Assembly: GCF_041879505.1 (NCBI RefSeq)
Contig: NZ_CP169003.1
Direction: 5' to 3' (one strand)
Length of the DNA: 32,000 nt
Origin: Escherichia coli
Lineage (GTDB): Bacteria; Pseudomonadota; Gammaproteobacteria; Enterobacterales; Enterobacteriaceae
Shown: positions 9,120 to 16,339 of the stretch, piece by piece
Layout: every line of letters starts with the position of its first letter
Position numbering within the stretch: position 1 is the stretch's first letter
The notes under the pieces: model-generated
Database searches by the model: none
The model's input: the letters and a program-made list of their open reading frames with translations, nothing else
Told to the model about the DNA's origin: nothing
Made by a program: the position numbers and the translations under genes

Positions 9120-10277
9120 TTAATCGTCGTCCTGTGGCAGTTCCAGAATCTTGATCGCGTTCGAATCCACCACGCCACCGCCTAAATATTTCTGCGTGAA
9201 AATTTTGATGAAGCCCGGCTCTGTGAGGTTGTCCGGTCTGGTGCGAACACCTGTTTCGTGATCAACAATGTAGTAACCGCGTTTGAAGTCACCCAGGGCA
9301 ATAACGTTATCAGGCATAAACTCCAGATATTCGACCGGAAGGCCCAGCAACGTATCAGGATCACCCGCCTGTAAACGGTCGCGCCAGATGTAATCACCGT
9401 TCGCGTTCTTCACCTTCTGAAGTTTTGCCGCCGTCGTGGAGTTAACCACCCAGACCGCGTTTTTGCGGTATTTTTTACGTAATGCAAATTTCAGGTCGAT
9501 CAGCGGGTCAGCAGATGTCCACGCCAGAGATTCGGAAGGTTTAATTACCTGTAACGTACCAAAATCACGCTCTTTGTCGTTCTTCTCTGCACGGGGTACG
9601 GATAAAAAGCCTTTTGCTTTTTTGTCACCGTCGCCCACAACCAGATCGCTTTCTTCGGTTTCCGTGAAGGTGTCGCCAATCTCACCCGTCAGCCATGAAA
9701 GGATGTCCACATCGGAAAAATCCACGATTTCCTGTGTGGTGCGCGGGTACGCATAGACCGGATACAGCTTAATGCTCACCTCGTTAATCTGCGGGGTGCT
9801 GGTCTGTTCGCGTGTCTTACCCTCTTCACCGTGGTTAACGGTCGCACCGCCAGCGGAAACAAGCTGCTTAAACTCGTTGCTGCTGATTTTCTTCACGGTA
9901 CAGATGCGGCGCATGGTGGATTCATCCGTCAGCATTCGCATGATTTCGGTGTTCAGTTCGGGGATAACGGTATAACCACCATCAGCGGGAACGCCTGTAC
10001 TTAATGCGCGGGTTTCACCTGTCAGGATGTAGTTGCGGAGTTCTGCCGGGTCAGTGGTCTGGCTGCTTTTACCTGGCTTGCTGCGCTCTTCGTCTGCAAT
10101 GGCTTCAAGGCGGGAAATGTCTTTATCGAGGGATTCAGCTTTAGCGCGTAATTCGTCAAATTTTGCGCCCTCAGCATCGTTAAGACTGCGGTTTTCTTTT
10201 TCCGCGTTCTCCAGCATGTCGCGCATCTGATTTTTAATGGCGGTTTTCTGCTGGCGTAATTCGATTATTCTCGGCAT
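9120..10277 (-). CDS. HK97-family major capsid protein with N-terminal scaffold/delta-like coiled coil
   Basis: 385 aa; N-terminal ELRQQKTAIKNQMRDMLENAEKENRSLNDAE then HK97 fold sequence (GGYTVIPELNTEI...). Confidence 0.95.
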   Translation of the reverse strand: MPRIIELRQQKTAIKNQMRDMLENAEKENRSLNDAEGAKFDELRAKAESLDKDISRLEAIADEERSKPGKSSQTTDPAELRNYILTGETRALSTGVPADGGYTVIPELNTEIMRMLTDESTMRRICTVKKISSNEFKQLVSAGGATVNHGEEGKTREQTSTPQINEVSIKLYPVYAYPRTTQEIVDFSDVDILSWLTGEIGDTFTETEESDLVVGDGDKKAKGFLSVPRAEKNDKERDFGTLQVIKPSESLAWTSADPLIDLKFALRKKYRKNAVWVVNSTTAAKLQKVKNANGDYIWRDRLQAGDPDTLLGLPVEYLEFMPDNVIALGDFKRGYYIVDHETGVRTRPDNLTEPGFIKIFTQKYLGGGVVDSNAIKILELPQDDD

Positions 10278-10284
10278 AAAAAAA

Positions 10285-10433
10285 GTCCTGGGGTTAAGTA
10301 AGGAACTCCAGGACGCGGCAAAAACTCAACCGTTTTTCATAAGGAAATCAGCAATCGCACCGATCGTTTTCCCGCCTGGTAATGAATATTGGCGAGAACA
10401 TTAACAGGCGGAAAAGTGGCCCCAGCGTCCTGG
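10285..10433 (-). promoter_or_regulatory. Structured 5' leader of the capsid operon with alternative pairings
   Basis: Minus strand: CCAGGACGC (10433-10425) can pair with GCGTCCTGG (10316-10308), which can instead pair with CCAGGAC (10291-10285) containing the SD AGGA, followed by T7-ATG. Confidence 0.65.
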
Positions 10434-10493
10434 CACCACGGGCGAGAATAATCATGATTCAGTTCGGGTAAAATATGCCGATCCTGTCAGTGA

Positions 10494-10517
10494 ACAACGT
10501 GGAACAACCACGAACAA
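10494..10517 (-). promoter_or_regulatory. Phased array, 3 x ACAA (TTGT on minus) at 10-bp spacing upstream of the capsid operon
   Basis: tgaACAAcgtggaACAAccacgaACAAata; shares ACAACGTGGAACAA with 2991..3004. Confidence 0.7.
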
Positions 10518-10529
10518 ATAATTTACAAA

Positions 10530-10558
10530 AAATGACAAAAAGCCGGATTGCTCCGGCT
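10530..10558 (-). terminator. Intrinsic terminator (AGCCGGA-GCAA-TCCGGCT-TTTTTG on minus)
   Basis: 7-bp stem, 4-nt loop and T-run. Confidence 0.85.
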
Positions 10559-10568
10559 GTATGCGTGC

Positions 10569-10793
10569 TCAGTCCCTGATCCCTTTCAGAAATTCTATCA
10601 ATGCATCTATCTGTTCAGGATTTACCGCCAGCATTTCACCGGACAGAGCACATCTCACAAAACCATGCTGATCCTTTTCAATCAGTGCGCCCGTCTCCAG
10701 GAATGCGCGGTAATCATTGATGCTCATCGTCTCCATGTTGTCAGCATGGTATTTATCACGTTGTTTTAATATCTCATCAAATTTCATCGGCAT
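10569..10793 (-). CDS. Small protein of unknown function (MPMKFDEILKQRDKYHADNMETM...)
   Basis: 74 aa inside the 10569..10871 ORF; flanked by near-identical terminators. Confidence 0.65.
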   Translation of the reverse strand: MPMKFDEILKQRDKYHADNMETMSINDYRAFLETGALIEKDQHGFVRCALSGEMLAVNPEQIDALIEFLKGIRD

Positions 10794-10888
10794 TGTTTTT
10801 TCCTCTGTTGTGTCTGTTTGTTTCAGATAGTAACTATGCCTGACCGTGACGAAAACCCGGTAATGCGCCATACCGTTTCAACTGGTGC

Positions 10889-10912
10889 AAAAAAAGCCGG
10901 ATTTCTCCGGCT
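10889..10912 (-). terminator. Intrinsic terminator downstream of the PerC-like gene
   Basis: AGCCGGA-GAAA-TCCGGCT-TTTTTTT on minus. Confidence 0.88.
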
Positions 10913-10918
10913 GTGTGA

Positions 10919-11191
10919 TTAGCTGTCCTGGTAATTTCGCCATATTTCATCACCAGCACCATCCATACCCATTTCGGCATAAGTGCGATCGACCGCCTTT
11001 TTCAGGTCTCCGTAATTATCCGGCGGCTCCGGTGGCCTCTGTGCCTTTCTGGAACATTCCAGCCGTCGCATCGTAACCTGATGCCGTTCCTTGTCTGTCT
11101 CCACCAGCAGCATGACTTCACCCCATCGCGCCGACGCCCTCCGGTAAAAGCCTTTTGCCTCGAGTTCCTCCGCTATGCGGTCATGTACCAT
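10919..11191 (-). CDS. PerC-family transcriptional regulator-like protein
   Basis: MVHDRIAEELEAKGFYRRASARWGEVML...; PerC family signature; start trimmed from 11311 to avoid ssb overlap. Confidence 0.7.
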   Translation of the reverse strand: MVHDRIAEELEAKGFYRRASARWGEVMLLVETDKERHQVTMRRLECSRKAQRPPEPPDNYGDLKKAVDRTYAEMGMDGAGDEIWRNYQDS

Positions 11192-11201
11192 CGTCACCCC
11201 C

Positions 11202-11612
11202 TCAGAACGGAATATCATCACCGTAGGGGTCATCGTCTCCCGCTGGTGGCTGATTACCCTGTGTGCCTGTGGTTTTGCGTCTGTTCCCGCCAGGACGTGC
11301 CGCACGGGCACTGATTACGCTGTCTGCAATAACCTGATAACCCTGCCGCGTTTCCCCGTTCTGTCCGGTCCACTGGCTGACCTGCATCGTGCCGGATACG
11401 CTGGCAACGTCGCCTTTTTGATGTTTAGCCAGGAAGTCGGCCTGCTTACCAAATGCGATGACCGATAGCCATAACGTCGCCTGCCCATCCTGCGCCTGAC
11501 TACATGGCAACGATACCGCCATACGCGCCAGCGTCATCGGTGTGCCCTTACTGGTCTGTTTTACCTGCGGGTCGTCCACCAGCCGCCCGTAAGCTGCTAT
11601 CTGTGCTGTCAT
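11202..11612 (-). CDS. ssb: Single-stranded DNA-binding protein
   Basis: 136 aa OB-fold protein with acidic C-terminal tip DDDPYGDDIPF. Confidence 0.93.
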   Translation of the reverse strand: MTAQIAAYGRLVDDPQVKQTSKGTPMTLARMAVSLPCSQAQDGQATLWLSVIAFGKQADFLAKHQKGDVASVSGTMQVSQWTGQNGETRQGYQVIADSVISARAARPGGNRRKTTGTQGNQPPAGDDDPYGDDIPF

Positions 11613-11854
11613 GCTGTCTGCTCTCCGGTTTTAACGTTGATGGTTGTCACCTGTTCCGCTTCGGCAATCTCCCGTTCTGTCAGCGTGGCAAAGTTTGCAG
11701 CTGCCGTTGTCATGAATGAGCTAATCAGTTCGGGATGTGCTTTCGCATATCCTTCCCCGGCGTTGCGGTCGATGATTTTTATCGACACCCTTAACCAGTG
11801 TTCCGTCAAATCAAGGGCGTGCGATTGTGATTTTTTTGTGTGCTTCGCTGTCAT
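11609..11854 (-). CDS. Hypothetical satellite protein, overlaps ssb start
   Basis: 81 aa, same strand, ATGA-type overlap with ssb. Confidence 0.7.
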   Translation of the reverse strand: MTAKHTKKSQSHALDLTEHWLRVSIKIIDRNAGEGYAKAHPELISSFMTTAAANFATLTEREIAEAEQVTTINVKTGEQTA

Positions 11855-11897
11855 AGGCTTTATCTCACAGCAGTAAATTAAAATTTTTGCGTTTTAA

Positions 11898-12128
11898 CCC
11901 TTCACCTGTTCACCTTTTGATATTTTATCTTTTAATTCATAATGTTAAGGGGTGAACAGTTTCACAAAAACTATTCACCAACTATTCACCACTGTTCACC
12001 CTTGAAGCTCAATAAACAATCAAAAAGGTGAACAGTGAATAGTTTGGTGAACAGTTCATAAATAACTGTTCACCCTATAACATACTGATACAAAAGATAT
12101 TTATGACAGGGTGAACAGTGGTGAACAG
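11898..12128. other. Candidate replication origin: iteron cluster GGTGAACAG
   Basis: Perfect 9-mers on + at 11951, 12027, 12046, 12110, 12120 and on - at 11906, 11992, 12066; 1-nt variants CTATTCACC at 11971 and 11982, AGTGAATAG at 12034; AT-rich and non-coding. Confidence 0.85.
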
Positions 12129-12141
12129 TTATTCCATAAGT

Positions 12142-13974
12142 TTAATTTTTGCTATCGTCATTAGTGACCGATACACATGATGGCATCCAGTCTTCTGATT
12201 CCTCCGTCAGTGTCACGTTTGAACGCAAACCGTGCTTCGTTTTCCGTTTCATATACTCCCTGCCATATTCCGCCATTGCCCCCGGCATATCTTTACCGAA
12301 GCGCGTCAGTGTTACAGGTTTACCGAATCCGTGTGCCCTCATATATGCCAGATAGGCGTGATAAAGATACCTGCGCGGACTGAACGGAATAATTTCGGCA
12401 TTACCCACTAACAGACCATCACACATTACCGACGACATGAGATAGCCGCAGAAGTCCACCAGCGAATCGCCCTCGCGTTTTATCACCAGAGCTTCTTCTG
12501 ATTTCTGCTGCTCATACAGCAGGCGTTTAGCTGCGTCCTGGTCAGAAAAACGAGTAAGCAGGTGGCGAATCACAACCGCCAGCTCTCCTTCTATTTTTTC
12601 TGCCAGCATGGGGTCGCGTTCGTTTTCCGGTACAACCTCCGAAAAATTGAATATCACCCGACGACGTGAAATCCCCCCGCTGCGGTCACTGAATGACATG
12701 GCGTTATTGTTCACCGCCAACACTACCGCCTGAATGCGTGTTGAGTAGGGGGCTTTATGCTTCGGGTCGATTGCCACCTTGTCACCGCCTGTAATGGCCT
12801 TAATTCCTGCGCCATCACCAGCGTAACGGGTCATATCCGGCATGATAATCAGCGAAAAGCCAACCACTAACGCGCGTTCCCTGGCATCTTCCAGCGCCTT
12901 CATGCTTGCCGATACCGTGTTGGCCTTACCCGCCAGCATGGTGCAAATCTCCGCCATCACGCTTTTACCACTTCCCCCTGGACCTGTTACCTCAATGAAT
13001 AACTGCCAGTCGTACCGGTTCGCCAGCACCATGAATAATGCAGCCAGTACGCGATCCGCCTTGCGGTCATTCTCAGCCACCGAACGGCGTAACCACTTCC
13101 AGAAATTCGGCGCATGTGTTGCCAGCGTTTCCCCCTCTGCTGGTGGGCTGAAAGGTAATTCACTGGCAATTAACAACCAGTCGTTTTTGTTATGCTCCCG
13201 AAAATCGCCTGTCCGGGTATCAAAAACACCGTTACTGAATCCAATCAGGTTACGGGCTGTATTCCCCATTACAGGCAAACTTAACTTCATGGTATCGACC
13301 GCCGATTTAATGGCGTTCTGCGAATAGCTGATCTCCGCATCAATGAAAATCTGTGCCATAGCTCGCTGTAATTCTTTATCCTGTACTGGCTCCCATACAA
13401 CGCCGTTGTAATAGTGAACAGTGTCAGAGTCAGCATGAATCGCCAGTTCACCGCCATAATGTGCCAGGAGAACTTCGCCGCGTTGACTTGCTCCCATCTG
13501 GTTAAGCGCCAGTGATGAAGCGTTATCGTCTTTTACCCGCTCTTTTTTCTTTACAGGCAGTTCAACTACATTTTTCTTTTCCGTCAGCTCTCCCCGCTCA
13601 CGTTCCAGATATTCGCGCCAGTTCTCCCGTTTCTGGCTGTGCATTCCTTCAGGGTAATAATCAGCATCCCTGACACCTGCCGCTGCCAGTTTCTGCCCGA
13701 TGGTATTAACAAGCCCCGAACGCAATAACCCCGCCTGATAGAGACGCACGCGATAGCGTCCGTCCGGTACGATTTGCAGGTTGTCCAGTTCGGCAAGTTG
13801 TTGCTCTCCAAGCCAGACAGGTGGCACGCTGTCGCCAGCCAGTCGCCCGTCCTGTTCCTGCCACTGCTTCGCATGTGCCCACGCATCACTACCCGCAAAA
13901 ATGATGACTTCCGTCATTTTGTCACGTGGCTGGTGTTTTAAATTTGGCGCTTTTTTCATTTCTGCTCTCTCCAC
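12142..13974 (-). CDS. P4-type primase/helicase (DNA replication protein)
   Basis: 610 aa; EVTGPGGSGKSVMAEICTMLAGKAN Walker A, MPDMTRYAGDGAGIKAITGGDKVAIDPKHK, SF3-like helicase order. Confidence 0.92.
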   Translation of the reverse strand: MERAEMKKAPNLKHQPRDKMTEVIIFAGSDAWAHAKQWQEQDGRLAGDSVPPVWLGEQQLAELDNLQIVPDGRYRVRLYQAGLLRSGLVNTIGQKLAAAGVRDADYYPEGMHSQKRENWREYLERERGELTEKKNVVELPVKKKERVKDDNASSLALNQMGASQRGEVLLAHYGGELAIHADSDTVHYYNGVVWEPVQDKELQRAMAQIFIDAEISYSQNAIKSAVDTMKLSLPVMGNTARNLIGFSNGVFDTRTGDFREHNKNDWLLIASELPFSPPAEGETLATHAPNFWKWLRRSVAENDRKADRVLAALFMVLANRYDWQLFIEVTGPGGSGKSVMAEICTMLAGKANTVSASMKALEDARERALVVGFSLIIMPDMTRYAGDGAGIKAITGGDKVAIDPKHKAPYSTRIQAVVLAVNNNAMSFSDRSGGISRRRVIFNFSEVVPENERDPMLAEKIEGELAVVIRHLLTRFSDQDAAKRLLYEQQKSEEALVIKREGDSLVDFCGYLMSSVMCDGLLVGNAEIIPFSPRRYLYHAYLAYMRAHGFGKPVTLTRFGKDMPGAMAEYGREYMKRKTKHGLRSNVTLTEESEDWMPSCVSVTNDDSKN

Positions 13975-14255
13975 GCGGCAATCATGTTTTTCAGTTCCTG
14001 TAGTTTTTTATCAACATCCATACATGGCACATGGTTGTTTCTGGAAGGCGGGATTTCCCGCCTGAATCTGCTAATAAAGATCTCCACGTTCAGCGAACTA
14101 TGAAATGAATAGCCATCACGAATAAAATACACACGGTCAAACATCAGTTCTTTTACCGTTACTCTGTTACCGTTCTTATCCAGATAAATAGCGCCGGGGA
14201 TAATTTTTGGGTGTGCATAACCGCTGGCAGTCAAGCCAGATAAATATGTTCTCAT
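13956..14255 (-). CDS. DUF4222-like small protein
   Basis: 99 aa, IIPGAIYLDKNGNRVTVKELMFDRVYFIRDGY...RFRREI; overlaps primase start. Confidence 0.7.
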   Translation of the reverse strand: MRTYLSGLTASGYAHPKIIPGAIYLDKNGNRVTVKELMFDRVYFIRDGYSFHSSLNVEIFISRFRREIPPSRNNHVPCMDVDKKLQELKNMIAAWREQK

Positions 14256-14261
14256 GATTAT

Positions 14262-14582
14262 TTATCCCCGATTTGAATCAGTATTCGCTTTCTTTATGGC
14301 ATTTAATGCATCTGTGGCATTTTCAATGGTGCACCGTAACGAAATATCAAACTGCCCAAGCATTGCCAGTAACAAGCCAATATTACCCATGTCAATGCGC
14401 ATAGCCTTTTCGTCATATTCCTCATTTTCTGACGCATGCCACATCAGGCTACCAATTGACGAAACAGCCATTGATATATTGTCAGTAGCCCCATCCGCAG
14501 CGGAATAAACCTTTTTAGCAATATCATGCTCACAGTTAAAATGCGGATTAATCAGGTACTGGTAATTGGTCATGTCAGGCAT
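14262..14582 (-). CDS. Hypothetical protein (satellite/prophage early operon)
   Basis: 106 aa, operonic with neighbours. Confidence 0.7.
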   Translation of the reverse strand: MPDMTNYQYLINPHFNCEHDIAKKVYSAADGATDNISMAVSSIGSLMWHASENEEYDEKAMRIDMGNIGLLLAMLGQFDISLRCTIENATDALNAIKKANTDSNRG

Positions 14583-14778
14583 GGAACACCCCCTGACGAA
14601 TACGGGCGGCGAATACCATCACGCAGCCATCAGGAGATTGCTGACGCGCTTCCTGTTCGCTGGTGGCCTCGATGGTAATCACGCGCGGTTGTGCCGTGCT
14701 CAGGGCGATAAAACGCCAGATGTATTTATTCAGGTTGTGCGAGTCCCGCCCTTGCGGGTGTATGGTATGATTTCTCAT
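14575..14778 (-). CDS. Icd-like (host cell division inhibitor Icd-like) family protein
   Basis: YIWRFIALSTAQPRVITIEATSEQEARQQSPDGCVMVFAARIRQGVFHA; ATG at 14778 preceded by GAGG. Confidence 0.65.
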   Translation of the reverse strand: MRNHTIHPQGRDSHNLNKYIWRFIALSTAQPRVITIEATSEQEARQQSPDGCVMVFAARIRQGVFHA

Positions 14779-14876
14779 AGCTGCCTCGATACTCTCGTTA
14801 TCGTTGGTGGTTAGACGCCCCGTATGTGTTTCCGGCACTGCGGGGCGTTGCTCTTTGTATTTCAAAAATCATTTCG

Positions 14877-14909
14877 GTGTGTTTCATGTTATGAGCGCAT
14901 GAAACACAC
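14877..14909. promoter_or_regulatory. Operator-like perfect inverted repeat GTGTGTTTCATG-N9-CATGAAACACAC
   Basis: 12-bp arms overlapping the leftward promoter; a related CTGAAAC/GTTTCAG dyad lies at 14944..14971 over the divergent gene's RBS. Confidence 0.8.
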
Positions 14910-14914
14910 GTCAA
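14886..14914 (-). promoter_or_regulatory. Leftward promoter TTGACG-N17-TAACAT for the early/replication operon
   Basis: Minus strand read: TTGACGTGTGTTTCATGCGCTCATAACAT. Confidence 0.75.
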
Positions 14915-14975
14915 GGCTTTTTGTATTTCTTTTTTTGTGTATACTGAAACACACCGATGATTAGGAGTTTCAGAA

Positions 14976-15281
14976 ATGGCAACAGCTAACAAAAACGCAA
15001 AATCACAACTGACAACTGTCAGAGTCCCACTAGATGTTATGCAAGGGATGGAATCCGTTAAGCTGGACGGCGAAAGCAATGCCGGATTTATCGTAACCGC
15101 CATGCGCGGAGAAATAGCCCGCCGCCAAGCAGAAGGCAGCGGAGAAAATCCCCTTGTGTCGTCACTGGATGCCCTGGCTAAGGTCGAACAAATCGGCATC
15201 AAAGCAGCGGAAGAAATCGGGCAGCTTGTCACCGTTGCACGCGAAGAACTCCAGCGTCGCAAGACCAAAGAACCAGAGTAA
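14976..15281 (+). CDS. YlcI/YnfO-like small protein, probable RHH-type DNA-binding regulator
   Basis: NKNAKSQLTTVRVPLDVMQGMESVKLDGESNAGFIVTAMRGEIARR; rightward gene in an otherwise leftward element; SD AGGAG. Confidence 0.75.
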   Translation: MATANKNAKSQLTTVRVPLDVMQGMESVKLDGESNAGFIVTAMRGEIARRQAEGSGENPLVSSLDALAKVEQIGIKAAEEIGQLVTVAREELQRRKTKEPE

Positions 15282-15323
15282 TCACCATCAGCGCCGTGGT
15301 GTAAGGTATTACGGCGCATTGCT

Positions 15324-15512
15324 ATGCAGGACAACACAATGACCGATAAAGAATTGACCAAAACATTATCACCGGCACGGAAAAGACGGCGCAGAAAGAT
15401 AGAGCATGAATCAGAAAGATTCGCGCCATGTGCTTTTGCCCTTGAGCAATTCCTTAAAGAGTACAGGGAAAAGCGCTCATTGCAGGTATGGCAACGAACT
15501 GAACCAGACTGA
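15324..15512 (+). CDS. Hypothetical basic small protein downstream of the RHH-like gene
   Basis: 62 aa, same strand, ends before a rightward terminator. Confidence 0.5.
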   Translation: MQDNTMTDKELTKTLSPARKRRRRKIEHESERFAPCAFALEQFLKEYREKRSLQVWQRTEPD

Positions 15513-15607
15513 TAGCATTGCCCACCAGCCTGATAGCGACTATCATTTCCGTTCTTATGTTTGGGATCACACACACAAACGGCGCAGCGGGTTATCTGTT
15601 CAGAAAG

Positions 15608-15635
15608 GCGGCTCCATTTCGGGACCGCTTTTTTT
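15608..15635 (+). terminator. Intrinsic terminator of the rightward unit
   Basis: GCGGCTCC-ATTTC-GGGACCGC followed by T7. Confidence 0.75.
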
Positions 15636-15776
15636 ATTCCTGAAAAACCCCAATTTTGTTGTTTTTCAGTTTCACCAGGGCGAACGAATCCCCGCCCACG
15701 TTCGGGCGCATATTCAATCTTCATGGTTATATCTCTGTATTAGTGGATGTGTGGCGGCTGCGTGCCGCCAGCGTGA

Positions 15777-15965
15777 TTAATGAACTGCCTTGCAGCTATC
15801 CTTCCAGGCCAGAACCTCGGATAAAGACCAGCCAACGGAACGACCGCCAAGTTTACGACGTGATGGGAATTGTCCGGCCTTTTCCAGGCGGTAGCGGCAT
15901 GAGCGGCTAAGGCCTGTTAGCTTTTCGCATTCTTTTTCACGTATAAACCGATCAGTGCTTAACAC
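15777..15965 (-). CDS. alpA: AlpA-family transcriptional regulator / excisionase-like wHTH
   Basis: 62 aa: DRFIREKECEKLTGLSRSCRYRLEKAGQFPSRRKLGGRSVGWSLSEVLAWKDS. Confidence 0.93.
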   Translation of the reverse strand: MLSTDRFIREKECEKLTGLSRSCRYRLEKAGQFPSRRKLGGRSVGWSLSEVLAWKDSCKAVH

Positions 15966-16247
15966 TATTGCCCCCTTTCGTTTCTTAAAGAGTTATTTCG
16001 TGTTCTATTGCGTTGGGATGTGTCTGATTGTGTCAGGATGATTCAGAGTTGGCAAATGTTGAGGCTGTATGGTTTACAGAAAGAGGAATAATCAGGATAA
16101 AATCATTTAAATTCATGTTAATACAAAGGCATAAAATATTGTTTAATGCCTTTTTTCTCGCTATTTAAAGAGTGATTCGCTAGTGTATAAAAAACCAGTA
16201 ACACATTAAAAATCAGCTACTTATAAATCTGTACACTTTTTCGCCTC

Positions 16248-16281
16248 TTGTTCGTAGTTGTTCCGCATTGTTGCTCATTGT
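16248..16281 (+). repeat. Phased array, 4 x TTGT at 10-bp spacing (starts 16248, 16258, 16268, 16278)
   Basis: TTGTTCGTAG TTGTTCCGCA TTGTTGCTCA TTGTTGCACG. Confidence 0.75.
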
Positions 16282-16339
16282 TGCACGCTGTATCTGTTCG
16301 CATATCCAGTATGCGCATACTGAAAAAATACGAAAAAAA

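Noticed and set aside
12842-13327. 161-aa plus-strand ORF inside the primase gene
   Set aside because: Antisense shadow of a strongly supported coding region.
3641-15512. Canonical anti-phage defence system inside the element
   Set aside because: No restriction, Abi, CBASS, retron, TA pair or similar protein is recognisable; only small unknown ORFs remain as candidates.
14798-15724. 308-aa minus-strand ORF
   Set aside because: It runs antisense across the better-supported YlcI/YnfO-like and 62-aa genes and through their terminator; composition is Ser/Arg/Cys rich with no recognisable domain. Only short N- or C-terminal parts might be real.
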